A stretch of DNA of 64,000 nt from contig NIVC01002252.1 in assembly GCA_002269645.1 (NCBI GenBank), positions 125,530-189,529 of the forward strand, in the 5' to 3' direction. Positions 12,797 to 25,239 of the stretch are shown here, piece after piece. Every line of letters begins with the position of its first letter. Position 1 is the stretch's first letter. A program made the translations under genes and the position numbers. Under the pieces are notes generated by a model. The model had not been told where the DNA came from, made no database searches, and worked only from the letters and a program-made list of their open reading frames with translations. Source of the stretch: Macrostomum lignano (lineage: Eukaryota).

Positions 12797-15129
12797 ATGC
12801 GGCTTGTTTACTTCATAATATTGTTTGCATTGGCGGCTGTCGTCGCTCTGACCGCCTCGGATGAATCAAAAGCGACTGGTGGAGATCCCTCTGCGAATTC
12901 GAAGGAAGAGAAGAAGGAAGAACTAAATGAATTCGATCGACAGCATGAAGAGGCTGGAATCTTGGTTTTGACGGATCAAAACTACGAAGAAGTAATTAAG
13001 TCATATCCAGCAATGTTAATTAAGTTTTGTAAGTTATTGTGCATATTATAATATACATGTTGTGGTCCATAATATTGTTATGATATTGTAATATTTACCA
13101 TGATTTTTAATTTACAAATAGTCAAAAGTTTCGAACATCACTTAAATTAAATATATGAATGTTAAATAAATATTGAATGGTATTTTATTTGTACAAGTAC
13201 GTCCATCTGATCAAGTTGATGAGCTACGAGCGTAGAATGAAATGTATTAAACCTAACACGTTCAATTGCCATAATCTAATAAACTACTACAATGTAGCTA
13301 CGAAATATCCCTCAGATCCCACTCGATAAACATGCATATTCCACATCTTTCAGACGCTCCGTGGTGCATTCACAGCCGCGAGTTTGCTCCAGAATTTGTG
13401 AAGGCCGGCTTCATTCTCAAAGAAAAGAATTCCCCAGTCAGACTGGCTCGAGTCGACGCTTCTGTTGAAAAGAAGTTTGCCGAAAAGTACGACGTCAAAG
13501 GTTACCCAACGTTGAAGTTCTTTAAAGGCGACTTAGTCATTGACTACAACGGTGGAAAAACTGGTGAATCCGTTGTATCGTGGATTGAAACGAAGATGAA
13601 GCAGGCAACCACTGCTATTACGACTATCAAAGAGGCTGAAGAATTTACAACGGCTGATAGTGTCACCCTGTTAGGTCTGTTCTCAAAAGATAACTTCACA
13701 GAGATGTCCAAGCTTCTAGAAGATACTGCGTTTACTCGACTTAACGAAGTACCATGTGGTGTGACCGACAACGAAGAACTGATGGCACACTACCAAGTTG
13801 CCAGGGACACCATCTTGATGTTTAAAAATGTTGACAAAGAACGTTTAAGTTATGAGGGGCCGTTCGATGTTGACAGTATCGCTGCGTTTGTTAAAGCAAA
13901 CAAACTACCGCTGGTTGTCGAGTTCACCCACCACAGCGCCCCGGACATCTTTGGTGGCGACATCGCCAAACACGCGCTGCTGTTTGTCCGCAAGTCGCAG
14001 GAGCAACAGTTCAAATCTTCGTTCAGCCAGTTCCGCGAGTCAGCCAAGAGCTTCAAAGATCGCGTGATTTTCATCTACATTGACGTAGACAATGGCGACA
14101 ACGAAAAGATCTTGCAGTTCTTCGGCGTCAAACCGTCGGATCCGCCGTCAGTCAGGGTGATTGCCCTGGACAGGAACATGTCCAAGTTTCGACCAACTTT
14201 TGAAAGCGTCACTACCGAAGGGGTCACCGAGTTTGTCCAAGACGTGCTGGACAATAAGATTGATCCGCATCTTGCTTCGCAGGAACTGCCTGACGACTGG
14301 GACAAGGAGCCGGTGAAAGTTCTAGTTAGAAAGAACTTCGACGAAGTGACGATGGACCAAAACAAGACAGTCTTTGTCATGTTCTACGCTCCCTGGTGCG
14401 ATCACAGCAAGGAGCTGGCGCCGGTGTGGGAGCAGCTGGCTAAGGACTATGCTCACAACGACACGATTATGATTGCCAAGATGGACAGCTCAGAGAACGA
14501 GCTGCCGGACATGAAGGTCATGAGCTTTCCAACGCTGAAACTGTTCCCAGCGAACTCTAACGACGTCATTGATTACTATGGAGTTGATCGTAAGCTGGAA
14601 AGTTTAAAGATTTTCCTCGACTCCAACGGCAAAAAGCAACCGGTGAGCGTTCTTAACTACGAGTATATCGTATCATAACTTTTACTGCAAGGAAGTAAAA
14701 CTTATGTATATATACGTTTCTTTTAGACATCCTTGGTAGGGGGTTGTAGCCTAGCGGTTAGAGCGTCGGACTCACGACTGTACGGTCGGGGGTTCGATTC
14801 TCGACCCTCTCGGAAAAATTTCTTTGACCAAGACACTTCTTTCTGCATTGCTTCAGTTCACTTAGCTGGGGTAGTTGAGGGTGTGTGTGGTGACCCCCAG
14901 TCCTTGGACTGAACAGCCGTAGCTATTAGACTTCTTAAGATTTGTTTTAAACTGTATTGAACAAATCTAATGCAAATTTCAGGGAATTAACGACTTCAAA
15001 GAGCCAAATGAGCCTGGAAACAACGAGGATTCTGACAAGACCAAAGATGAAGAGGAGAAGTCGGATAAAACAGACGATGAAGGGGAGGTGAAGTCAGAGG
15101 AAGACACCGACGCCAAGCAAGAGTTGTAA
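12797..15129 (+). CDS. Protein disulfide isomerase family protein (a-b-b'-a' plus acidic tail) with CXXS sites, ~555 aa
   Basis: Exons 12797-13028, 13354-14642, 14983-15129 (1668 nt, GT-AG, in phase). Features: signal peptide MRLVYFIILFALAAVVALTA; YAPWCIHS and YAPWCDHS thioredoxin sites; cis-Pro loops GYPTLKFF and SFPTLKLF; PDDWDKEPVKVLV x-linker; acidic C-terminus ending KQEL (KDEL-like). Confidence 0.93.
14735..14925 (+). mobile_element. tRNA-derived SINE-like element in PDI intron 2
   Basis: Pol III A box TAGCCTAGCGG (14747-14757) and B box GGTTCGATTC (14791-14800), but the anticodon and T stems do not pair. The body CTTTGACCAAGACACTT...TGCTTCAGTTCACTTAGCTG resembles CORE-type SINE central domains (from memory). 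Possible decayed TSD TTAGAC(A/T)TC on both flanks. Confidence 0.7.
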
Positions 15130-15274
15130 AAATCGACAACGCAAAATCAGAGAGTCATCTTCATCGCTTGTTGAAGAGTGTTAACTTTTTGGATAAGTTA
15201 CTCGTACAGCTAGGCTAGTAAAATTAACTTCCTAATGCTCTCTCTCTCTTTCTTCCTCACAAAAATTAATAAAC

Positions 15275-15815
15275 TGTTCGCTATCGAAATGTTGCGCTGT
15301 AAATTGGCGAGCTCAAAGAGATATAAATTAGACCGATAGGGGGGAGATAGGAAGAGAGACCAGGGAGAGATGGGGAGAGTAGAGATGAGAACAGGGAGAG
15401 ATGAGGAGAGTAGAGATGAGATCAGGGAGAAGATGGAGAGAGTAGAGATGAGAACAGGGAGTAGAGAGGAGATCAGGTAGAGATGAGACCAGGGGGGGTA
15501 GAGAGGAGATCAGGTAGAGATGAGACCAGGGGGGTAGAGAGGAGATCAGGTAGAGATATGAGACCAGGGGGGTAGAGAGGAGATCAGGTAGAGATGAGAC
15601 CAGGGGGGTAGAGAGGAGATCAGGTAGAGATGAGACCAGGGGGGTAGAGAGGAGATCAGGTAGAGATGAGACCAGGGGGGTAGAGAGGAGATCAGGTAGA
15701 GATGAGACCAGGGGGTAGAGAGGAGATCAGGTAGAGATGAGACCAGGGGGGTAGAGAGGAGATCAGGTAGAGATGAGACCAGGGGGGTAGAGAGGAGATC
15801 AGGTAGAGATGAGAC
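15275..15815. repeat. 36-bp purine-rich minisatellite GAGACCAGGGGGGTAGAGAGGAGATCAGGTAGAGAT
   Basis: Tandem units downstream of the PDI stop and its AATAAA (~15268). Confidence 0.92.
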
Positions 15816-16354
15816 TTATTTTTAAATAGTGAGCATCTAAATTTAAACAAAATAAATTATACAAGGAGACAATGGAAATATCAAAGGCTTATTAAGCAAA
15901 GCAAAATATTTCAATAGAGTATACTAAATACTTTACAATACAAATTGCTTCAAATCTATCGTAAGAGTAGCATAAAATCTGTATACAAAACCTGAGAATG
16001 TGGTCAAACCCTTCTTGTATTGTGGTCCCATTCGCTTCTTGTGCTTGAGAAATTTAGCAGATGCTCCTCTGCTTGTACAATTTTGAGTTTCTGAAGAGGC
16101 GAACAAGCTAACGCTATAGACAATGGAGAAGCTAATGATAAAAGCATTTTTAAGATTATTCTTGTACGTGACAATTTTTTGGGATTTTTAAATAATAGAA
16201 CTCTGAATATCGAATAATTTTACGGCTTTGAGTATCTGATAGGGGAAATTAAACTGCTAACAGACCTGCACCCCTTATCCGCCCCCTTATCCGCCCCATA
16301 TGTCCGCCCTCTCATCCGTCATCTCATCCGCCCAAAGCTCCAACCCTCTTATCC

Positions 16355-16725
16355 GCTCCTAATGATTCCACCCCAACCCATCCGCTCCTAATGATTCCAC
16401 CACAATCCATCCGCTCCTAATGATTCCACCACAACCCATCCGCTCCTAATGATTCCACCCCAACCCATCCGCTCCTAATGATTCCACCCCAACCCATCCG
16501 CTCCTAATGATTCCACCCCAACCCATCCGCTCCTAATGATTCCACCCCAACCCATTCGCTCCTAATGATTCCACCCCAACCCATCCGCTCCTAATGATTC
16601 CACCCCAACCCATTCGCTCCTAATGATTCCACCCCAACCCATCCGCTCCTAATGATTCCACCCCAACCCATCCGCTCCTAATGATTCCACCCCAACCCAT
16701 TCGCTCCGAATGATTCCACCCCCAT
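16355..16725. repeat. 29-bp minisatellite CCGCTCCTAATGATTCCACCCCAACCCAT
   Basis: About 12 units. Confidence 0.93.
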
Positions 16726-17359
16726 CCTCCCCCACCCACTGCGTCTGCGCTTTTTGTGATCTAAAACGTTCTAGGAAATCAGTTTGTTAGAGGAGTTATA
16801 AAAAGCTTACCATTCTACTTATTTGACTACAGAAGTAGTGCAATAAGATTTAAATTTTCTTAGATTTTTAGATATTTAGATTTTTTCAGTTCAGTTTTTC
16901 AAAAACAAACAAGCTTTGAGTCTGAGCAGGATGGAGAAGTCTGTTGCAATTTCTCAAGATTGCCCAATCAAAGCAATTGAAATTTCCTGCATGCCCAAAG
17001 TAAACACCGGGGCTTACTCTGCAAATCCTAGGCTCATTTCAGAGCAAGCCGCCACCGCTTCCGTGCCTCCTTTGTAACCTTTGTAACCTGCAAGCCGTCT
17101 ATCCCGAACGCTACTGAAGAAATAATTAACTTTTGTCCTTCTTTTCGTCTTCAGCCTAGTCTAGAAATTTCGGTTCACTAAAGGCCACCATTTTCTTCTT
17201 TTAATCAAGCAAATTAGAAAAAAGCCATCCTTTGATAAATAAGATCGGGAAAGCTAAAGAAGAAGCACGGAAGGACAACTTGAAACTACTTTATAGTTTT
17301 AAAAGTCATATTATAAACAGTACGTAATGTCCTTACGTGAAACTTAATATATCTACGCT

Positions 17360-18620
17360 CGTATCACGTGACTTTACAATATCTATCACGTGATTATACA
17401 ATATCTATCACGTGATTATACAATATCTATCAATTGACTATACAATATCTATCAATTGACTATACAATATCTATCAATTGACTATACAATATCTATCAAT
17501 TGACTATACAATATCTATCAATTGACTATACAATATCTATCAATTGACTATACAATATCTATCAATTGACTATACAATATCTATCAATTGACTATACAAT
17601 ATCTATCAATTGACTATACAATATCTATCAATTGACTATACAATATCTATCAATTGACTATACAATATCTATCAATTGACTATACAATATCTATCAATTG
17701 ACTATACAATATCTATCAATTGACTATACAATATCTATCAATTGACTATACAATATCTATCAATTGACTATACAATATCTATCAATTGACTATACAATAT
17801 CTATCAATTGACTATACAATATCTATCAATTGACTATACAATATCTATCAATTGACTATACAATATCTATCAATTGACTATACAATATCTATCAATTGAC
17901 TATACAATATCTATCAATTGACTATACAATATCTATCAATTGACTATACAATATCTATCAATTGACTATACAATATCTATCAATCAATTGACTATACAAT
18001 ATCTATCAATTGACTATACAATATCTATCAATTGACTATACAATATCTATCAATTGACTATACAATATCTATCAATTGACTATACAATATCTATCAATTG
18101 ACTATACAATATCTATCAATTGACTATACAATATCTATCAATTGACTATACAATATCTATCAATTGACTATACAATATCTATCAATTGACTATACAATAT
18201 CTATCAATTGACTATACAATATCTATCAATTGACTATACAATATCTATCAATTGACTATACAATATCTATCAATTGACTATACAATATCTATCAATTGAC
18301 TATACAATATCTATCAATTGACTATACAATATCTATCAATTGACTATACAATATCTATCAATCAATTGACTATACAATATCTATCAATTGACTATACAAT
18401 ATCTATCAATTGACTATACAATATCTATCAATTGACTATACAATATCTATCAATTGACTATACAATATCTATCAATTGACTATACAATATCTATCACGTG
18501 ACTAAACAATATCTATCACGTGACTATGCAATATCTATCACGTGATTATGCAATATCTATCACGTGATTATACAATATCTATCACGTGACTAAACAATAT
18601 CTATCACGTGACTATGCAGT
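17360..18620. repeat. 22-bp minisatellite CAATTGACTATACAATATCTAT (CACGTG variants at both edges)
   Basis: About 55 units; core nearly invariant. Confidence 0.97.
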
Positions 18621-19004
18621 ATCACAAATTCACGAATCTAATATACATTTTTTGCATTCATTCAGGCCAACTGAGTGCAGAATGTGGTCGCTGGGCGGCC
18701 GTCAAATTGTAAACTGCGTGACATGTCATGTCCGGGCATGCCATGACGTATGCACTTGACAGCCCCGGTTTGATGAGAGCCATCGTTAGGGCAGTTGATA
18801 TCTTTCAGCTTGCTTAAACATGCGCTGGTTGGACCTCCGCGCATTGCGGTTGTGTCCCAATCCAACTAGGGATTATCGGGGAACAGAGATTTAACTGTCC
18901 CACTAGCCAAACATTCCACTAGTAATGCATATACTTTGCATTTTTTTCAGATTATTCCACAGCTTTGTTGATAATTGTTGCTCATAGATGATGTGACGGA
19001 TTTT

Positions 19005-19660
19005 AATGTGGCGCTGCATAATCTGGGAGTTGAGAGTGGCGCTGCCATAATCTGGGAGTTGAGAGTGGCGCTGCCGTAATCTGGGAGTTGAGAGTGGCGC
19101 TGCCGTAATCTGGGAGTTGAGAGTGGCGCTGCCATAATCTGGGAGTTGAGAGTGGCGCTGCCATAATATCTGGGAGTTGAGAGTGGCGCTGCCATATTCT
19201 GGGAGTTGAGAGTGGCGCTGCCATATTCTGGGAGTTGAGAGTGGCGCTGCCATAATATCTGGGATTCGAGAGTGGCGCTGCCATATTCTGAGAGTTGAGA
19301 GTGGCGCTGCCATATTCTGGGAGTTGAGAGTGGCGCTGCCATAATATCTGGGATTCGAGAGTGGCGCTGCCATATTCTGGGAGTTGAGAGTGGCGCTGCC
19401 ATATTCTGAGAGTTGAGAGTGGCGCTGCCATATTCTGGGAGTTGAGAGTGGCGCTGCCATAATATCTGGGATTCGAGAGTGGCGCTGCCATATTCTGGGA
19501 GTTGAGAGTGGCGCTGCCATATTCTGGGAGTTGAGAGTGGCGCTGCCATAATCTGGGAGTTGAGAGTGGCGCTGCATAATCTGGGAGTTGAGAGTGGCGC
19601 TGCCATATTCTGGGAGTTGAGAGTGGCGCTGCCATATTCTGGGAGTTGAGAGTGGCGCTG
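19005..19660. repeat. ~29-bp minisatellite CTGGGAGTTGAGAGTGGCGCTGCCATATT
   Basis: About 22 units; source of the spurious AAPLSTPR ORFs. Confidence 0.95.
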
Positions 19661-20835
19661 TATCTACTAACGGTTTGATTGACATCAGAATGAGGAGATT
19701 TGGGAGTGCCAGCATGTATAATGGGATCTCCTGTTACTATAGACTTGGCCCATCAGCGCAAACCAGTGGGAGATGCAAGGAAGCTTATTTGAAAATCAAA
19801 GTAGCAATCTACACAGATGCAAAGTTTAGCGCCAAAATTCAGTCTTGCCTCTTTGGCCAATGCAAAATGGCTCAAATGAAAGTCATCAAAGGCTTAGTCG
19901 AATTTTTGAGGATGCTACTGCGACTCGTGTTCCTCTTCTTCTACGAGCTACTTCAAATCTCTTTGGCGAACAAGAGGCTGCATAGCAGGAAATTCTAAAA
20001 ATAGAATGTCGCCGCATGGATAGCAGAGGAAGCACTTCTACTACAAAGACAAAGGTCCCTATCCTGACTCAGTTACGAGTATCTTGACTTTCACTGATTG
20101 ATAAAATAGTTCTACATGTTACAATGACACAAGTTTCATTCGAGTAAGAGAGAGTAAGTAGAGAGTAAGTAAGAGAGTAAGTAGTAGAGAGGAAGTATAG
20201 AGCAAATCACGTGACTAGAGTGTCTTTCGAGCAACAATAAAGTGTATATAACGTGACTTGACAAAAATTGTGGCACATGGCTATAGTGTTAACCACGTTC
20301 CTATACAGTGTTCATCATGTTACTATACATGTATAATATTCATCACGTGACTACAAAGTCTATCACGTGACTATACAATGACCATCACGTGACTGTAGAG
20401 TCTATATCATGTAACTATACAGAGACTATTACTCGTAAGTGACTTATTGACCCTATGTGCCTTAAACAAAAACTTGATGAGCAAGTAAGAAAATCTACAC
20501 AGAGAAGTAAGCATGTATTATGGTAGTGAAAATCAGCCTGGCAACCTGGTTCAGATTGAATAATACACGCGCATAATAATACTCATTTGCGGTCGAAACT
20601 TATCTGTTGCTTAATATCGCAGCATAATAATACGCTGCCTGACAGTGCCAGTGTTATCAAGGTTCTCACGTTTCGATAAACTCACCGTTGGTTCTTATTC
20701 TCTTACTATCTACTCGTAACTATCTTTGCGTAGGATAGATAATTCGTAGATACATATGTAGCTAGCGAGGAACTTATTATTACTACAAAAAGGAGCCCAG
20801 TTCAAGAGCACATACTATACTCACAGCTCATAATC

Positions 20836-22630
20836 ATGGAGCAAACTCAAGCAGTGCTGGTTGTCGTGCTCTGCGCATTTGTTGCTGTACTTTTCATTCT
20901 GGTGCTGTCGTTTTACACGCCGCTGTGCGACGCCGGCCTTGGCTGCTGTTTTAAGAGGAGAAGACGCCGATCGACAGCAGTTACTAGGAGAAAACAGTAT
21001 CGAGCCAAGCGATCGATCTGTAGCTGCTTACCGTTGAGCTGTCAGTCAAGATGCTGCAGCAGCGGCACATCGAGCAGCGACAGCGACAGTCCAAGTGACG
21101 CCGCCGCTCAAAAGCAGCCGCCGCCGCCGCGACCGCCGCCGCCATCCTCGGTGCCGCCGTCGCCTCATTTGCTGCATCCACCACCGAGTCGGCCATCAAG
21201 TGTTCGAGTCGGCCTGTCGAATCCGAGCCTGGTGTCAACTCTCACCTCTGAGACCAAACCGGTTCAGCCACCGGCTGCTGCTCCTGCTTCAGCTGCTCCT
21301 CCAGGTGCGTCTGGCTCTGCAGACAGCGCCCATCCAGCTCCGCCTATCGTCGGTGCAGTTGGCGTCGCCGCCGCTGACAACCCGGATGCCAACCAAGCTG
21401 ACGCAGATGATCCGCTAATCCGCGACGAGTTAAACGACGAAGGTCGCGACCACGGATTGGGCCGGATTCGGTTCTCGTTGACCTACAATTGGACCAGCAG
21501 GCAGTTGAGCGTGAAAATTTGCGAGGCCAGAGGCCTGCCAGCGATGGACTTCCCGTTGGGAACTTCCGATCCCTACTGCAAGGTACGAGGATTTGCAAGG
21601 TTCTGAGCAGGATATTTGGGGCTTTACATCAGATGCTCTAATTTAGAGATTAGTGAAGATTCCAAAATAAAGGCCATGCTGTTCTTTAGGTTCTTTGTAG
21701 GTTTCTTAAGCCTTGCGGGAAACGTAAAATGGAACAACTGAGCCTTTGTAATGGAATCGTTAAAGAGCCGCACAACCAAGACCGTCTTAAGAAGGCAGAC
21801 TCCATAGGAATGGAAAAGGAAGCGTCTTGTTTTGTGTCGATCTTAATACCGGTAGATAATTGACCGAACGGCTGAATGCAGACTGTAGCTAAAGTGACAA
21901 AGGACAATGTTTTCTCAACCACAAATTACAGGTGAGCATCCTGCCTGACAAAGAAAATCGTGTGCAAACCAAAGTACGACCACGAAAACTGAATCCAACC
22001 TGGAATGAAGTATTTTTATTCGAGAATTTTCCCGGCGAACGCCTGCTAGATCGGACACTGCTAATCCAGGTGCTGGACTACGACAGGTTCAGTCGTGACG
22101 ACCCCATCGGGGATGCGCAGTTCCCGTTGGTGTTTCTGCACACAGTCGACGGTGCTCGCCGATCGCTGACTCTTTGGCGCAATCTGCAGCCAAACCGGAA
22201 GACTCGCGGATTCGTTGGCGAACTGCTGCTAGCGTTGAGCTATAATCCGCATTCCAATCAGCTCAATCTGGTGCTGATGCGGGCAAAGGATCTCAAAGCG
22301 ATGGATCTAAGTCGGACCTCCGATCCCTATTGCGTGGCCAAGCTGGTGCACAGCAAGACTAGAAGAGTTTGCCAGCGACGAAGGAGCACCGTAGTGCGTC
22401 GCTCGCTCTCGCCCCAGTGGAACGAGTCCTTTACCTTCGGCGTGCCTGCTGACAAAGTGCACGAGTATCATCTTGAACTGGTGGTTAAGGACAAAGACTT
22501 TCTTGGCTCTGAAACTATTGGCAGGATTAGATTAGGTACCAGATCCTGTCCCAGCGAGACGGCTCACTGGACTGAGGTGCTGAGCAAGCCGAGACAACAG
22601 GTGGCTCGTTGGCACACTCTCAAGCACTGA
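20836..22630 (+). CDS. SYT7: Synaptotagmin-7-like protein (N-terminal TM helix, tandem C2 domains), ~481 aa
   Basis: Exons 20836-21582 and 21932-22630 (GT-AG, phase 0). Features: TM segment AVLVVVLCAFVAVLFILVL; Cys/basic juxtamembrane region; C2A TSDPYCKVSILPDK...LNPTWNE...QVLDYDRFSRDDPIG; C2B GELLLALSYNP...KAMD...TSDPY...KDKD; terminal WHTLK. Synaptotagmin is secure; the Syt7 orthology is from recalled similarity. Confidence 0.88.
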
Positions 22631-22980
22631 TTCATTCGAAAGCATGGGTACCTCGGTAATTGACAGCTGGGTGACTCAATCTCAAGCACTGATTCATTCG
22701 GAAGCACGTACCTCGGTAATTGACAGCTCGGTGACTCAATCTCAAGCACTGATTCATTCGGAAGCAGGTACCTCGGTAATTGACAGCTCGGTGACTCAAT
22801 CTCAAGCACTGATTCGGAAGCAGGTACCTCGGTAATTGACAGCTGGTTGACTCAATCTCAAGCACTGATTCGGAAACAGGTACCTCGGTAATTGACAGCT
22901 GGGTGACTCAATCTCAAGCACTGATTCGGAAACAGGTACCTCGGTAATTGACAGCTGGGTGATTCAATCTCAAGCACTGA
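22619..22980. repeat. 56-62-bp tandem repeat whose unit includes the last codons and stop of the SYT7-like CDS
   Basis: CTCAAGCACTGA occurs at 22619, 22681, 22741, 22801, 22857, 22913 and 22969. Confidence 0.95.
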
Positions 22981-24399
22981 TGCAGAGAGTTTGCTAATGT
23001 AATTGCAGCTCATGCTGGTAATGTGACTCAAACTAGCAAAGAAGAATTACAGTATGCAAGGAATTAATCATACTCTTGTGTCCTTGACGTCAGTAAACTA
23101 ACAAGCCTCTCTCCTGTCCATCTCAGGGTGCTCATATGTCTTGCGGCTTCTATTTCGCTAATTAAAGCTTGCGGGCCCCGCACATTTTTGTTCCTGTACG
23201 AGTTAGTTGGACTGTCCATCGTCCAGTGTTCCATTTCTGCCGGAGTGAGCACTTGCACCTGTCAGTCAGTTACCACGCTCCGCTGGACTGGGAGCAAATC
23301 ATTTTTTTGTAGATCAATATACCCGTACTACATGAGCGCTACAATGTAAAACAATGCTTGCTACCTGCTCTTGTTTCTTCATGTCGCTAAACTGATCCAA
23401 CATACTTATAGTTGGCTATCATAAAAGTATATTGCGCATACATGCCTTTTCTACATGCATATATAGTGCATGCAAATTTATATAGAGGAATTTGGTGAAA
23501 CATTATGGAAAGAGGGAGACAGGGTTGTGAGATAAAAAGAGCGCTAGAAGCAGGACTTTGTTCGCTGGTGGTCTTGATAAAGAGAGGTTGGAGATTAAGA
23601 GGTGAGAAAGAGAGAGGAGGAGAGCAGAGAGAGCAGAGAGGGAGGCAAAGAAAACGGATAAGGATAAAAAACGTGTGAAGTTAGAAAGTTTCAGAGGGAG
23701 AGAGGAAGAGGGAGCGAAGTATTGAAGTGGAAGGGGTAGAGAGAGGAGATTGTGGATTGTGGGTAAGATGATAGAAAAGGGAGAGGGAGAGAGGGTAGAG
23801 AGGAGAGAGGTGGAGAGGGTAGAGATGGGGGAGGAAGAGAAGATATAGAGAGGGGAGAGGGCGGATAGGGAGAGGAGAGAAGGAGAGAAGGTAGAGAGGG
23901 GAGAGAGAATTGAGATGTGTGTAGGTCATCGCAGCTAAGCCAGCAACTCTGTAGCTAGCAGTAACCATTGCATAAGTACTCGACTTACAGTAATAACAGG
24001 GGGCAAAAAGCACTTTACGGTTGCCATGCCAGCGTTGAATGCCGATTCAAGGAGTCCCAAACAAGAGGGGTGAATGATGAAAAGAAAGGGAGAGTGGGCA
24101 GTCCCTCTCTAACGAACTGCCTGACTACCTTTGCAGAATTGGGAAAATTAAATTACAGCTCAGGCCGTCCGGTTGCGTCCCTGTGTAGTTTAGTGTAGAC
24201 GCAGCTGCTGCGCGCCATCAAGTGTATTAATTTACTTCATTTGCCATCGCTTCGCGCTTGGATAGTGAAAAACAAATGTAATATTATATAGTAAGCATAG
24301 TTTACTATGAACCATGAATTCGCGTAATATAATGCTCATAATCTGATTTCTGTTCCTTCCTATTTTGTTCTTTTTGAATTGTTTTCAAAAATTGTGTTT

Positions 24400-24770
24400 T
24401 CCAATCTGTTAGACAAAACAGCATCAAACCTGTTAGATACAACAGCTTCAAACCTGTTAGATACAACAGCTTCAAACCTGTTAGACAAAACAGCATCAAA
24501 CCTGTTAGATACAACAGCTTCAAACCTGTTAGATACAACAGCTTCAAACCTGTTAGATACAACAGCTTCAAACCTGTTAGATACAATAGCCTCAAACCTG
24601 TTAGATACAACAGCTTCAAACCTGTTAGACAAAACAGCATCAAACCTGTTAGATACAACAGCTTCAAACCTGTTAGATACAACAGCTTCAAACATGTTAG
24701 ATACAACAGCTTCAAACCTTTTAGATACAGCAGCATCAAACTTGTTCGATACAAAAGCATTTAATCTGTT
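24400..24770. repeat. 24-bp minisatellite AAACCTGTTAGATACAACAGCTTC
   Basis: About 15 units; open in several frames by chance. Confidence 0.93.
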
Positions 24771-25239
24771 AGAGATCATGACAACAATATCTAAATTGTC
24801 TAAAATTTAGATATTGCAAAAATATAAAAAATGAGCATCTAGCAAAAATGAGCAAATTTAATGAAACAAAAGCATTAGTAAGCAGAAGCCTATCTTTGCA
24901 GACTTGTTTTGTACTTTAGTGTCACAAAGCGCTCATACCTGCAAAGTCGAATTTGTAAATTAGCAAAGTGTTGTATACTTTCACTTTTATAAGTCTGTCA
25001 AGAATACATCTACATATATATGCTCTGAAACAATCTGTGGTGACCTCTAAAAAATAAATCGCAATGCCCTTGATGTGATAATAGGTAAGCATCTTACTTA
25101 TTTTGAAAAAACGGACAAAAGGTCGCAGCATGGTGAGCAAAAAGCTTTAGAAAAAAGTACAATACTTTAACCTGCGTTGAACTAATTGTCAGATAATTCG
25201 CACACTTGCATAATCCTATTTACTGTGTTTTGAATTGAT

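Noticed and set aside
14739-14815. Functional tRNA (CAC in the anticodon position)
   Set aside because: The anticodon stem (TCGGA/CTGTA) and T stem do not pair and the sequence continues into a SINE-like body.
16050-17090. Possible minus-strand mini-exons (donors GTAAGC at ~16810 and ~17017)
   Set aside because: Splice-like signals exist, but the joined peptide is short, has no start and matches nothing I recognise.
18662-19998. ORFs 18662..18865, 18903..19715 and 19675..19998
   Set aside because: Repeat-derived or lacking recognisable motifs and a consistent exon chain.
21729-21863. Short + strand ORF in the SYT7 intron ending CFVSILIPVDN, resembling CKVSILPDKEN
   Set aside because: The similarity is only a few residues and the nearest upstream acceptor gives an immediate in-frame stop; likely chance.
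24922-25140. Exon-like segment with TTTTAG acceptor and CAG|GTATGA donor on the minus strand
   Set aside because: No partner exons or homology identified; splice-like motifs occur on both strands here.
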